In this document: positions 9,794-19,146 of the stretch, one piece after another
Layout of the letters: each line of letters starts with the position of its first letter
Position numbering within the stretch: the stretch's first letter is position 1
Assembly: GCA_947476645.1 (NCBI GenBank)
Contig: CANJRM010000006.1
Span: 3,146-67,145, forward strand
Direction of reading: 5' to 3'
Length of the DNA: 64,000 nt
Origin: Bacteroidota bacterium
GTDB taxonomy: Bacteria > Bacteroidota > Bacteroidia > Chitinophagales > LD1
Position numbers and translations under genes: made by a program
The notes under the pieces: model-generated
The model's database searches: none
The model's input: only the letters and a program-made list of their open reading frames with translations
What the model was told of the DNA's origin: nothing

Positions 9794-11416
9794 TTACTGT
9801 TTTACTAAGCGAAGAATTTTGTTTGCTGAGGCAGTGCTAACTTCTACTAAATAAACTCCTGATGGCAAGTCAGCCGTTTTTAATTTGTTGTTCACAGGAT
9901 TCAATTCCTGCCAAATTAATTGGCCTGCTGCGCTGAGTATTTTTACTGAATATTTTTCTTCACCCACCATTTGCAATTTGCAATCGCTGTTTGCAGAAAC
10001 AGGATTCGGAAATAACCACACCTTCAAATCATCTGTAAGTTCTTCAACAGAATTTACCAAAGGCGGATTGTATTCTGCCAATACAATATCATTTACAGCC
10101 GCAAAATCCAAAGCAATACTTCCGTAAAAACCGGTATAAGAATAATAACCAGCCATAGCTACCACACCTGAATTGGAAACGGCTACTGAAAATCCGCAGT
10201 CAGTACTAACACCACCTGCAGTTGTAATCCATCGAACATTTCCCGATGGAGAATAACTCACTAAAAAAATATCGCGGTCGTAGGCATGCAAAACATTTCC
10301 GTCAAAATCAATCACGTCCTGATACATGCCCGTGGCAAAAATATTTCCATTGGCATCGGTGGTCACACCCCAACCAATATCCAACTGATGTCCTCTGCCC
10401 GCTCGCACCCATAAATTATTTCCTGCTGAATCGTAACGCGCTACAAATACATCATTGTAATCGCTATACGTAACCGTATGCGAATCAAAGTATGCAGTGC
10501 CCGCAAAATATCCGACTACGACAGCATTTCCATTGGCATCGCTGCAAACTCCGTGTGCTGCATCTTCATACGTGCTGCCTGCACGCTTTAGCCAATCGTA
10601 ATTTCCGTTAGCATCAATTTTGCTTAAAAAAATATCGTAACTCGAAGTGGCAGAATTGATATTGCCCGCACCTATTTTAAAATTACCTCCAAAATATCCG
10701 GTTACAAAAACAGAGTGGTCGTTATCAAAAGCCACTCCTGTAATCTGGTTGGCATTATTTCCTCTTCCCGATTTTGCCCATACCACATTACCTGCTGAAC
10801 TATATTTTGCAACAAATGATTCGTTGTAAAGATTGGTTGTAGAAAGATGAAAAGTGTCGAGCATCATATTGTATTCGTAAGAACCGCCTACGTAAACGCT
10901 TCCTGCGTTATCTACATCAACACTCATGCTTAAATCTGAATTTGCTCCACCCATTTGGCGCACCCAAACTAAATTTCCATCGGTCGTATATTTTGCCACG
11001 AAGCCATCTGCATCACCTTTGCTTAACAGCATCGTAGTTTCAAACCAGGCAGTATCGTTGAAATATCCGGTTACATACAAATAGCCGCTCTTGTATTTTA
11101 TGGAATTGCCTGATTCGTTATCGTCACCACCGGCAAGTTTTACCCAAACCACATTTCCCTGTGGGTCATACTTGGTAATAAACACATCAAAAATTCCTCT
11201 GCCTTGCGCACCAATGCCTGAAAAATTTGCACCACCTGCAATATTTCCCGTTACGTAAGCATTGCCCTGTTCGTCAAGTGTGATGGAGTTAGCAGCATCG
11301 CTGCCTATACCGCCCTCTCCTTTAGCCCATGTCCACGATTGTGCGCTGCCGATACCAGATAAGAAGAGCGAAAAGAGTAAGAGTAGATTTCTGTTCAAAG
11401 TGATTTGGGTATTCAA
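9794..11416 (-). CDS. SBBP-type beta-propeller repeat protein with T9SS type A CTD
   Basis: Signal peptide. About 8 repeats of the pattern GN.VW.K..GG...D.G..I..D..GN.YVTGYF. C-terminal LFPNPVS...GVYLVEVST. Confidence 0.8.
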   Translation of the reverse strand: MNTQITLNRNLLLLFSLFLSGIGSAQSWTWAKGEGGIGSDAANSITLDEQGNAYVTGNIAGGANFSGIGAQGRGIFDVFITKYDPQGNVVWVKLAGGDDNESGNSIKYKSGYLYVTGYFNDTAWFETTMLLSKGDADGFVAKYTTDGNLVWVRQMGGANSDLSMSVDVDNAGSVYVGGSYEYNMMLDTFHLSTTNLYNESFVAKYSSAGNVVWAKSGRGNNANQITGVAFDNDHSVFVTGYFGGNFKIGAGNINSATSSYDIFLSKIDANGNYDWLKRAGSTYEDAAHGVCSDANGNAVVVGYFAGTAYFDSHTVTYSDYNDVFVARYDSAGNNLWVRAGRGHQLDIGWGVTTDANGNIFATGMYQDVIDFDGNVLHAYDRDIFLVSYSPSGNVRWITTAGGVSTDCGFSVAVSNSGVVAMAGYYSYTGFYGSIALDFAAVNDIVLAEYNPPLVNSVEELTDDLKVWLFPNPVSANSDCKLQMVGEEKYSVKILSAAGQLIWQELNPVNNKLKTADLPSGVYLVEVSTASANKILRLVKQ

Positions 11417-11460
11417 TACTAAACAAAGAAAAACATTTTAATGCAACCTTTAAAAAACGA

Positions 11461-11488
11461 AAAGGGTTTCAGTTAACTGAAACCCTTT
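11461..11488 (-). terminator. Rho-independent terminator downstream of the 280-aa T9SS gene
   Basis: AAAGGGTTTCAG-TTAA-CTGAAACCCTTT, a perfect 12-bp stem. Confidence 0.65.
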
Positions 11489-11508
11489 CCATTAAATTAA
11501 TCGGCTGA

Positions 11509-12351
11509 TTATTCTGTTATAGAAAATCTGCGAGTGGTTACGTTCTTTCCATCGGTAATAGAAAGAAAATAAACGCCTGCGGGTAAATTGTTGCGTTCAA
11601 CTGAAGTGCTGTTCACTCCAATTTTTGCTTCAAACTCATTTGATGAAACCGCTTTGCCTGTAACATCAGTGATGCGGATTGTGTAAACCGCATTTTTTGC
11701 AGAAACAAACGAAAGTGTTGCATTAGTGTTCATTGGATTTGGAACAAATTGTAATGAAGAAAACACATCCGATACTTCAATCACATTTGAACCTGCGCAT
11801 GTAGCACCTGTTGAATTCAGGTTAGTAGCATTTACCGAAGTATCTACACTGGCACAAGCACCAGCGGCAGTTTTAACTCTTATGAAAAGACGAATTCCTG
11901 TTTGGTCAACTAGGTTTGCAGGAATATCCTGTGGAGTAGCTCCACCGTTAATCCAAGCTCTTAAGGTTAAAGCAAATTTGTATTGACCTGCAGCATCGGT
12001 TGTTGTTCCCTGAATTCTTAAGAATCCATCTTCACTTGCCGAATATCTTTTGTCAGCCTGGTCAGTTCCCCAACACAAACCGCAAGGTAAATTGTCAACC
12101 CCAAGAAACTGAATGCTATCTACGTTCTGATGTCCTAAGAAATCAAAAGCTGAATACATCGTGAACTGAATATCGTGTGTATAAGCCGTGCCCTGAACAA
12201 CACAGGGTGTAAGGTCAGGAGCGTCAAACCCGCCACTTGCAGGACCTCCTAGAGGTGTTCCGGTAGTAGCTGAAGAACATACCTGACTGCTGGCTGTGAA
12301 ATTTAAAAATACAAGGGCAATAAATGAAAGTGTAGAAATTACTTTTCTCAT
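11509..12351 (-). CDS. Secreted T9SS-CTD protein, member 1 of a local paralog family
   Basis: Signal peptide. Shares the NLPCGLCW / IxGTTxDxGxYK / IRVK motifs with the next gene. CTD has FVPNPMNTNATL...GVYFLSITDG. Confidence 0.8.
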   Translation of the reverse strand: MRKVISTLSFIALVFLNFTASSQVCSSATTGTPLGGPASGGFDAPDLTPCVVQGTAYTHDIQFTMYSAFDFLGHQNVDSIQFLGVDNLPCGLCWGTDQADKRYSASEDGFLRIQGTTTDAAGQYKFALTLRAWINGGATPQDIPANLVDQTGIRLFIRVKTAAGACASVDTSVNATNLNSTGATCAGSNVIEVSDVFSSLQFVPNPMNTNATLSFVSAKNAVYTIRITDVTGKAVSSNEFEAKIGVNSTSVERNNLPAGVYFLSITDGKNVTTRRFSITE

Positions 12352-12400
12352 GATTTAGTTTTTGAGTTATTAAATAGCGAATACTTCGCGGCTCAAAACA

Positions 12401-12432
12401 AAAAAGTCTCCCCGAATACGGGAAGACTTCTT
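12401..12432 (-). terminator. Rho-independent terminator downstream of the 286-aa T9SS gene
   Basis: On the minus strand: AGTCTTCCCGTATTCGGGGAGACTTTTTT, a stem with one G:U pair followed by a U-tract. Confidence 0.65.
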
Positions 12433-12456
12433 GTATAAAGTTTTCAACAGAAAAAA

Positions 12457-13317
12457 TTATTCTGAAATAGTGATACGTTTAGTAAGGAAAGTTCTTTCGC
12501 TTCCAATAGTATAGAAGTAGATGCCTGGAGCAAGAGTACCTCTGTCTAATGTAGAAATATTTTCGCCAGCTTTTACTTCAATTTCTTTGTTGTAAACTTC
12601 GCTGCCAATCATGTTAGTTACTCTTTCTGTAACAGTCATTGTTTTTTCAGAGAAGAATCTAACAGTTGCTTTGCTGGTAAAAGGGTTTGGAACCACACTC
12701 AATTCGCTCATTGGATTGCCCAAATCCTGAATTCCAACACCTGAACAATTAGCATTAGCTGAATAACCAGCCGGTTTAGAAAACGCTACTGCTTGTGAAG
12801 TATCTAATGCTACATCAGCATCTCCGTTGTTTTTCACGCGCACATAGTATTTCAAACCTACTGATTCTGCATTGATAGGAATAGCAACTCCTAAACCAAT
12901 ATCAACTCCTACACGGATAAACAATTTGTAAACACCAGGGTCGCTACAAGTAGTTCCGGTTACTTTGATACAACCTTCTTCTTGATTGTTGTAAGTGTTA
13001 TTAGTATGATTAGTAGCCCAGCACAAACCTGCAGGTAAGTTACCGATAGAGTCAATTTTTAATGTTTGAACTGTAACTAAGTTACCTTGGTATCTTGCGG
13101 TATCGTAGTTTTTGAATTGGATTACAGTTGTTGAAACAACACCATTGATAACCGGAGCTAAGCTATCAGATGTTGGTCCTAAGCCCGGCTTTGTTAGCGA
13201 ACCATCAGGAGTACATTGTGTAGGTCCTGATGGGGTACCATTATGACCGCAGTACTGCGCGTATGAGTTACCATACAAAAGGCAGAAAGATAAAAGTGTA
13301 AAAATTAATTTCTTCAT
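12457..13317 (-). CDS. Secreted T9SS-CTD protein, member 2 of the local paralog family
   Basis: The start is taken at MKKLIFTLLSF (13317). A TAcaTTTG -7-like box at 13348..13355 (minus strand) lies inside the longer ORF, which argues for the shorter start. Motifs NLPAGLCW and CTD VVPNPFTSKATV...GIYFYTIGS. Confidence 0.8.
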   Translation of the reverse strand: MKKLIFTLLSFCLLYGNSYAQYCGHNGTPSGPTQCTPDGSLTKPGLGPTSDSLAPVINGVVSTTVIQFKNYDTARYQGNLVTVQTLKIDSIGNLPAGLCWATNHTNNTYNNQEEGCIKVTGTTCSDPGVYKLFIRVGVDIGLGVAIPINAESVGLKYYVRVKNNGDADVALDTSQAVAFSKPAGYSANANCSGVGIQDLGNPMSELSVVPNPFTSKATVRFFSEKTMTVTERVTNMIGSEVYNKEIEVKAGENISTLDRGTLAPGIYFYTIGSERTFLTKRITISE

Positions 13318-13416
13318 AAAGTTGTTCGTTTTAATTATTGAATTACACAAATGTAATGAATCAATTTGTTTTTAGAACAAATTTTATTCACAAATATTTA
13401 TAACAGAGTGACGGCT

Positions 13417-15321
13417 TTATTGAACAACTACCTTGGAGTTCAATCGGCCTTTTGCGGTTTCTAAAACCACAAAGTAAACACCTTTGTTCAGTGCTGTTAA
13501 GTCTAACTCTTCGGAATAATCGCCTGAGAAGTTTTGAATAGGCTTGTCAACCACCACCTGCCCAATCATATCTTCAATATGCAGGCGAATGTTCTGTGCT
13601 TCTTCTGCCGTAAATTTCAAGGTGAATTTTCCGTTGTTAGGGTTTGGATAAACACTTAAGTTGTAGATAGAGTTGAAAGAAATTTCTTCAAAGCCGGAAA
13701 CGTTAACGGTATCTGGACTTGCTAAAGTGCGGCAAGAAGGATAAGCCACGCTATAAACTTCGGCAGTGTAAACGCCATTACCTAAGTAAGCAAGAAATTT
13801 TCCATGCTGACCTACCACTAAGTTTCCATTGTAGAACCAATCAACCGCCAATCCCGAAGGGAAAGGAGTTACGAAAGCAGATGTGCCGTTGAAAATAACA
13901 CTGATACTTGCCGGTGGCGATTGAATTCTCACCACTGTTTTCCATTCAGATTCTGCCGAACAGCCCGTTGTCTGATTGGTAACTTTAACTTTGTATTTCC
14001 CTGCTAAATTGGTATAGAAAGCAGAATCATTTACACCATTGATATAAATGGTATCGCGATACCATTCGAAATTGCAACCCGGGTAACCATCACCAATAGA
14101 AAGGCGTGTGCTATCGGTTGAGCAAATAGTATCGGCTCCTGCTAAAATTACAGGAGTAACAGGTGTTGGGTTTACGATAACATGTAAGGTGTCGCTTAGC
14201 ACAATTCCCGGTATAGTATCGAAACGAACATTGCCGTTGGCATTGTTTGTATTACCTGCTAAAACCTGAAGACCTAAACCAACAGTGCAAGTCATAGTTT
14301 CTAAATCATCATCTGCCAAACCAAAGAGAGCAATAGTGGTAGATGAGTTTCCGCAGAGGTCATCATCCCAAAGTTCCATGCTTAAAGAAGTTGTGCCGAA
14401 AGGAACAGGATAGTTTAGGTTATTCCATGAAGGGGTTGTAGTTGAAGGAGCCGAATTGCTGCAATCGTTTGTAGTGCCTAATGCCCCAACAACCATATAT
14501 GGCTCGGGGTCTTGAATAGCCGATGCTTCGTTCCAGTCAGAATACCAGCCGTGGTTTATACCATAGATACTGATTGACTTAACAATGTATTGATAAAAGA
14601 CAGTGTTCAGAATAATATCAAAGGTATCGGGAACACTGGTTGCATTAGTGAAATGATAAACGCCAGGGTCTTTGCCTTCGTAAGGTGTGCCGTCAATGTT
14701 CCAATACCAACGGGTGAGGTTTGGCAATTGAGCGGTACGGGTAGCGTGTAAGTCAACGGTAATACTATCACAAGCACTTGAACCATTGTTGCCATAAGTA
14801 AAGGTGGTTACACCTAACACTGTATCGGGCAATACATAAAGGGTATCGTAATACTGCTGTGCTACATTGTTTTGGTTTACATCGCCAATGGGAGTTCCAT
14901 GTGCAGTTACATCGGCATAAAGATGCACAGCTATTGGATAAACACCAGCCACTAAAGCAGTACCACAAAAATGCGCACAGCCAATAGAATCTCCGTTTTC
15001 TACATCGAAATAACTATTGTTTGAAATTACATAACTGATGCCACCCGGCAAACCGCTTATTCCCGCTACTGTAATATGCCGAAGGTTTACCGAATTACAC
15101 TGACACAAAGCCAACACACTTGGGTCGGTCAATAGCTTAGGCATAAAAAAGTTTAGGAGTTTATCGTAAGGATGGTTGGCATAAGCGGTATCTAAACGAT
15201 TGCACAAACCACCATTTGGAGGGCAAGTGATAAATGCCGGTGTACACATAGAACACTGCGCATTAATTTGCTGAATACTGAATGCAGAAACTACGAGTAA
15301 AAAGAGAATAAATTTTTTCAT
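13417..15321 (-). CDS. Large secreted T9SS-CTD protein, a distant member of the same family
   Basis: The start is taken at MKKFILFLLVVSAFS. It has a GISGLPGGISY motif, an Ig-like module (CSTDSTRLS...YxWY...G.Y.V.V) and CTD VYPNPNNGKFTL...GVYFVVLET. Confidence 0.8.
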   Translation of the reverse strand: MKKFILFLLVVSAFSIQQINAQCSMCTPAFITCPPNGGLCNRLDTAYANHPYDKLLNFFMPKLLTDPSVLALCQCNSVNLRHITVAGISGLPGGISYVISNNSYFDVENGDSIGCAHFCGTALVAGVYPIAVHLYADVTAHGTPIGDVNQNNVAQQYYDTLYVLPDTVLGVTTFTYGNNGSSACDSITVDLHATRTAQLPNLTRWYWNIDGTPYEGKDPGVYHFTNATSVPDTFDIILNTVFYQYIVKSISIYGINHGWYSDWNEASAIQDPEPYMVVGALGTTNDCSNSAPSTTTPSWNNLNYPVPFGTTSLSMELWDDDLCGNSSTTIALFGLADDDLETMTCTVGLGLQVLAGNTNNANGNVRFDTIPGIVLSDTLHVIVNPTPVTPVILAGADTICSTDSTRLSIGDGYPGCNFEWYRDTIYINGVNDSAFYTNLAGKYKVKVTNQTTGCSAESEWKTVVRIQSPPASISVIFNGTSAFVTPFPSGLAVDWFYNGNLVVGQHGKFLAYLGNGVYTAEVYSVAYPSCRTLASPDTVNVSGFEEISFNSIYNLSVYPNPNNGKFTLKFTAEEAQNIRLHIEDMIGQVVVDKPIQNFSGDYSEELDLTALNKGVYFVVLETAKGRLNSKVVVQ

Positions 15322-15410
15322 TTTTATTTTTTGAGCCGCCAAATATAAAGATGTAATTTAAATCGGTTTGGTGGCATGGTACGGTTGTAATAAGAAAGGG
15401 CATAAGCTAA

Positions 15411-15471
15411 TGTCATCCTGAGCTTGTCGAAGGATTGTGGAGTAAAAGGCTTCGACAAGCTCAGCCTGACA
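15411..15471. repeat. Dispersed palindromic intergenic element, copy 2
   Basis: TGTCATCCTGAGCTTGTCGAAGG...GCTTCGACAAGCTCAGCCTGACA, in the same family as 9726..9787. Confidence 0.8.
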
Positions 15472-15505
15472 TTTCGGGATATTTTGTAATTAAGTAATGT
15501 TTAAA

Positions 15506-15945
15506 GACAGATTTCGACAGTTTTGAGTCAATTTACACGAGTTTGGAAACCTTCCACAACTTCGCTGGAGGGCTGAGACATTCGTCTCTGCCTTCTATAG
15601 CTTCCATAGAACGTTAGGACATTCGTCTTTGCCTTCTATGGCTTCCATAGAGGGTTCAGATATTCGTCCTTGCCTTCTATAACTTCCATAGAGCGTTAGG
15701 ACATTCGTCTCTGCCTTCTATAGCTTCTATAGAACGTTAGGACATTTGTCTCTGCGTTTCATAACTTCCATAGAGCGTTAGGACATTCGTCTTTGCCTTC
15801 TATGGTTTCCATAGAACGTTCAGACATTCGTCTTTAGCTTCTATGGCTTCCATAGAGGGTTGAGATATTCGTCTTTTCCTTCCATGGCTTCCATAGAACC
15901 TTCGGAAACTCGTCCGACAGCTTTGTGTTTTCATATAAGTGTTAA
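15506..15945. repeat. Non-coding 41-bp tandem array. Eight well-conserved units at 15577..15904 are flanked by degenerate units, and each unit has an internal 7-8 bp inverted repeat.
   Basis: Unit consensus GACATTCGTCTCTGCCTTCTATRGCTTCCATAGARCGTTAG, with internal dyad TTCTATGG-CTT-CCATAGAA. 41 is not a multiple of 3 and neither strand has a long ORF. It ends ~90 bp upstream of the LRR gene. Confidence 0.9.
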
Positions 15946-16035
15946 AGAATTAACAGCCCTGCCTACCGGCAGGCAGGCGCCACGCAGACCCCTACCCCGC
16001 CAAATTTATTTTACATTTACTACAAATCTCCCACC

Positions 16036-18525
16036 GTGAAGAAATCTCTAGTGCGCACTCTTGCATTGTCTTGTGTCTTCTGTCTTGTGTCTCTTGTCTC
16101 AAAAGCGCAGTGGGTTACCATACCCGACACGGCATTTGTATCCTACCTGCAAGCTACTTTCCCTGCCTGCATGAATGGAAATTTAATGGATACTACTTGT
16201 AGTGGAATTGTAAATGCTCATGGGGTTTATTGTAGTCATAGAACACATCTGAGAGACCTTACAGGAATAGAATACTTTGACAACTTAGATACACTGAATT
16301 GTTCTTATGATTCGCTGACATCTATAGGTTTACTGTCTAATACTATAAGATGGATAAATTGCTCAAACAATAAACTGAGCAGTTTATTGATGCTGCCAAA
16401 TTCTTTAACGGAACTCTTGTGTGAGTTCAACAAATTAACGACTCTACCTATTTTACCGAATGGTTTGATTTGTTTGTATTGCAGTGTTAATCAGTTAGTC
16501 AACTTACCTGTATTGCCAAATTCTTTGTATAGGCTTTATACGGACCAAAATCAACTTTCAAGTTTGCCAGTATTGCCAGATTCCTTGTTTGAAATTTATT
16601 GTGATGAAAATCACCTCACAGTTTTACCCGCTTTACCTAACACGTTGCGTGGTTTAAATTGTACTAATAATCAACTAACTGTGTTACCTCCTTTACCAAG
16701 TTTATGGTCTTTACAGTGTGGCAATAATCAACTTTCTGTTTTGCCAGTCCTACCTGATTCTATTTCTATTTTTTCTTGTAATAATAATATTCTCACAAGT
16801 TTACCCTCGCTGCCAGTCTTTTTATACGGTAGATTCAATTGCCGAATGAACCAACTTTCGATTTTACCTGCTTTACCCAATCGGGTTACGGAACTTTTTT
16901 GCGACCATAACCAACTAACGAGTTTACCCGAACTTCCAGATTCGTTATATTATCTCTATTGCAACAGCAATCCAAGCTTAATGTGCATGCCAGAATTAAA
17001 AAAGGTAATGGATTTTAGGTTCGATAGCACTGGAATTATATGCCTTCCCAATTATCCTCGCTCAAATACATACAGCAGTCCCTCGCTTACTTCAGTTCCC
17101 CTCTGTGACCCATTCAACACCAACGGCTGCTCCGTATATTGGAACATCAACGGCAAAGTTTACAACGATACCAGCGGCAACTGCCTAAAAGATATAGGCG
17201 AAACCAACGTGCAGAATATGAAGGTAAATCTGTATGAAAACGGTGTGCTTACTCAGCAAAACTACAGCGGTGGTTATGGTATTTATTCTTTTTATACCGA
17301 CACAGGCACCTTTGAAACTACCGTAGATACCACAGGAACTCCCTTTGATATTCTTTGCCCCGTAAGTCGTTTTGATACTTCGGTTATTACCGCGCTTGAT
17401 TCTTTTGATTACAATATGGATTTTGCCATGCAGTGCAAGCCTGGTTTTGATGTGGGGGTTTGGTCGGTGGTTCCTAATACTTCTATTCGCCCCGGAGCTT
17501 TGGTTCACCTGGCGGTGAGTGCAGGTGACTGGGCAAAGTTTTGGGGGCAAACCTGCCATACCGAAAATTTAAGCGGGTTGTTTCAGATGACTATCGGTGG
17601 TCCTACTACTTATATTTCGCCCGAGCCGGGTGCTCTTACGCCTGTGGCAGCGGGCAATGTGCTTAGCTATACTATAGCCGACTGGGCTGCCATTGACCCG
17701 CTTACTGCGTTCAATGTTATTATACAGGTAGACACTTCTGCGTTTGCGGGTCAGTATTTTTGTGTGGCGCTTTCGGTTAACCCTTTTATTGGTGATAACA
17801 ATTTTGCTAATAATGTGCTGCAACTTTGCGAGCCCGTAGTTAACTCTTATGACCCTAATGTGAAAGTGGTTTACCCCGCGGGCGATTGGGATACTTTGTT
17901 GCAGCCGTGGTTTACCTATACTGTTCGTTTTCAAAACACGGGCAACGCTACCGCCCAGCATATTTATGTAACCGATACGCTGGATACTGATTTAGATGCG
18001 TGTTCTTTTCAATTGCTGGGTTACAGTCATGTGCCCATGATTGAAATAAAAGAAAATGCTGTGCGATTTAATTTTCCCAATATCAATTTGCCCGATAGTA
18101 ATGCGAATGAGTTGGCGAGTCACGGTTATGTGCAGTACCGAGTGAAAATGAAACCGGGTCTTGCCACGGGAACGCACATCAACAATACCGCGTTTATTTA
18201 TTTTGATTTTAATGCGCCCGTGGTTACGAATACTACGAACAATACGATTACGAATGCAACGGGCATCAAAGAGTTCGGAATGCAGAATTTAGAATTCAGA
18301 ATGAATCCAAATCCGACCTCCACAGCGGTAAATATTTCTGTTGATGATGAAATGATTGGAAGTTCACTCACTGTTTATGATGTAACCGGAAGAAAGATGG
18401 CGGGTGTTGAACTGAAAACTTTAAACTACAAACTGGAAACTTCTGCCTTTGCGACTGGTGTTTACTTTGTTACTATCGAAAGTGAGAAAGGACGAATTAC
18501 GAAGAAGTTGGTGGTGGAGCGTTAG
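16036..18525 (+). CDS. Leucine-rich repeat (short bacterial IpaH/YopM-type LPxLP LRR) protein with a central beta-rich domain and T9SS type A CTD
   Basis: GTG start followed by signal peptide MKKSLVRTLALSCVFCLVSLVSKAQ. About 12 repeats of 20-22 aa (L..LP.LP..L..L.C..N.L). CTD has MNPNPTSTAVNI...GVYFVTIESEKG. Confidence 0.85.
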   Translation: MKKSLVRTLALSCVFCLVSLVSKAQWVTIPDTAFVSYLQATFPACMNGNLMDTTCSGIVNAHGVYCSHRTHLRDLTGIEYFDNLDTLNCSYDSLTSIGLLSNTIRWINCSNNKLSSLLMLPNSLTELLCEFNKLTTLPILPNGLICLYCSVNQLVNLPVLPNSLYRLYTDQNQLSSLPVLPDSLFEIYCDENHLTVLPALPNTLRGLNCTNNQLTVLPPLPSLWSLQCGNNQLSVLPVLPDSISIFSCNNNILTSLPSLPVFLYGRFNCRMNQLSILPALPNRVTELFCDHNQLTSLPELPDSLYYLYCNSNPSLMCMPELKKVMDFRFDSTGIICLPNYPRSNTYSSPSLTSVPLCDPFNTNGCSVYWNINGKVYNDTSGNCLKDIGETNVQNMKVNLYENGVLTQQNYSGGYGIYSFYTDTGTFETTVDTTGTPFDILCPVSRFDTSVITALDSFDYNMDFAMQCKPGFDVGVWSVVPNTSIRPGALVHLAVSAGDWAKFWGQTCHTENLSGLFQMTIGGPTTYISPEPGALTPVAAGNVLSYTIADWAAIDPLTAFNVIIQVDTSAFAGQYFCVALSVNPFIGDNNFANNVLQLCEPVVNSYDPNVKVVYPAGDWDTLLQPWFTYTVRFQNTGNATAQHIYVTDTLDTDLDACSFQLLGYSHVPMIEIKENAVRFNFPNINLPDSNANELASHGYVQYRVKMKPGLATGTHINNTAFIYFDFNAPVVTNTTNNTITNATGIKEFGMQNLEFRMNPNPTSTAVNISVDDEMIGSSLTVYDVTGRKMAGVELKTLNYKLETSAFATGVYFVTIESEKGRITKKLVVER

Positions 18526-18550
18526 TCAATCATTTTTTACGGGTAAAACA

Positions 18551-18581
18551 TTTGCAAAAGTGGTTTGTAAACCTATATTTG
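18551..18581 (+). promoter_or_regulatory. Candidate Bacteroidota sigma-A promoter for rplL
   Basis: TTTG (18551..18554), 19 nt, then TATATTTG (18574..18581). This matches the TTTG-N19-TAnnTTTG consensus and would leave a ~135-nt leader. Confidence 0.5.
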
Positions 18582-18722
18582 CCGTCCGTTTTGAAAAAAG
18601 CTTCCAACTCTTTCAAGGCGGAACGTTCTTTAAAGCCAAAATTTACCGATGTGTGTGAGAGCATTTGGGTAAACGAAAGCAGTAAAGAGCAATAATGGTT
18701 TAACTACAAAAAAACATACAAC

Positions 18723-19094
18723 ATGGCAGATTTAAAAGCATTAGCAGAAACATTGGTAAACCTTACGGTTAAAGATGTTCAGGAATTAGCAACAATTTTG
18801 AAAGCAGATTACGGTATTGAGCCGGCAGCAGCAGCAGTAGCTGTAGCAGCAGGACCAGCAGCAGCAGCAGCTGTAGCTGAAAAAACTGAGTTTGATGTAA
18901 TCTTGAAAAGCGCAGGCGCGCAAAAACTAAACGTGGTTAAGGTGGTTAAAGACCTTACCGGTCTTGGCTTGAAAGAAGCTAAGGATTTAGTTGACGGAGC
19001 TCCTAAGGCTGTGAAAGAAAAAACAGACAAAGCAACTGCTGAAGACTTGAAAAAGAAATTAGAAGATGTAGGCGCTGAAGTAGAGATTAAGTAA
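18723..19094 (+). CDS. rplL: 50S ribosomal protein L7/L12
   Basis: Full-length 123 aa with an Ala-rich hinge and C-terminal [27 protein letters not shown]. Confidence 0.95.
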   Translation: MADLKALAETLVNLTVKDVQELATILKADYGIEPAAAAVAVAAGPAAAAAVAEKTEFDVILKSAGAQKLNVVKVVKDLTGLGLKEAKDLVDGAPKAVKEKTDKATAEDLKKKLEDVGAEVEIK

Positions 19095-19116
19095 TTAATC
19101 TTTCTCGCAAAAAATA

Positions 19117-19146
19117 AAAGGCACTCCAAAAGGGTGCCTTTTTTAT
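19117..19146 (+). terminator. Rho-independent terminator after rplL
   Basis: AAAGGCAC-TCCAAAAGG-GTGCCTTTTTTATTT. Confidence 0.7.

Noticed and set aside
15506-15945. Possible CRISPR array, given regularly spaced repeats containing a small palindrome
   Set aside because: The 41-bp units are directly contiguous and differ only by point substitutions, so there are no unique spacers between repeats. No cas genes are present in the window. It is therefore a tandem direct-repeat array, not a CRISPR.
18449-18658. 69-aa ORF upstream of rplL as a possible rplJ remnant
   Set aside because: Its sequence bears no resemblance to L10 and it overlaps the end of the LRR gene. A promoter-like TTTG-N19-TATATTTG lies inside it.
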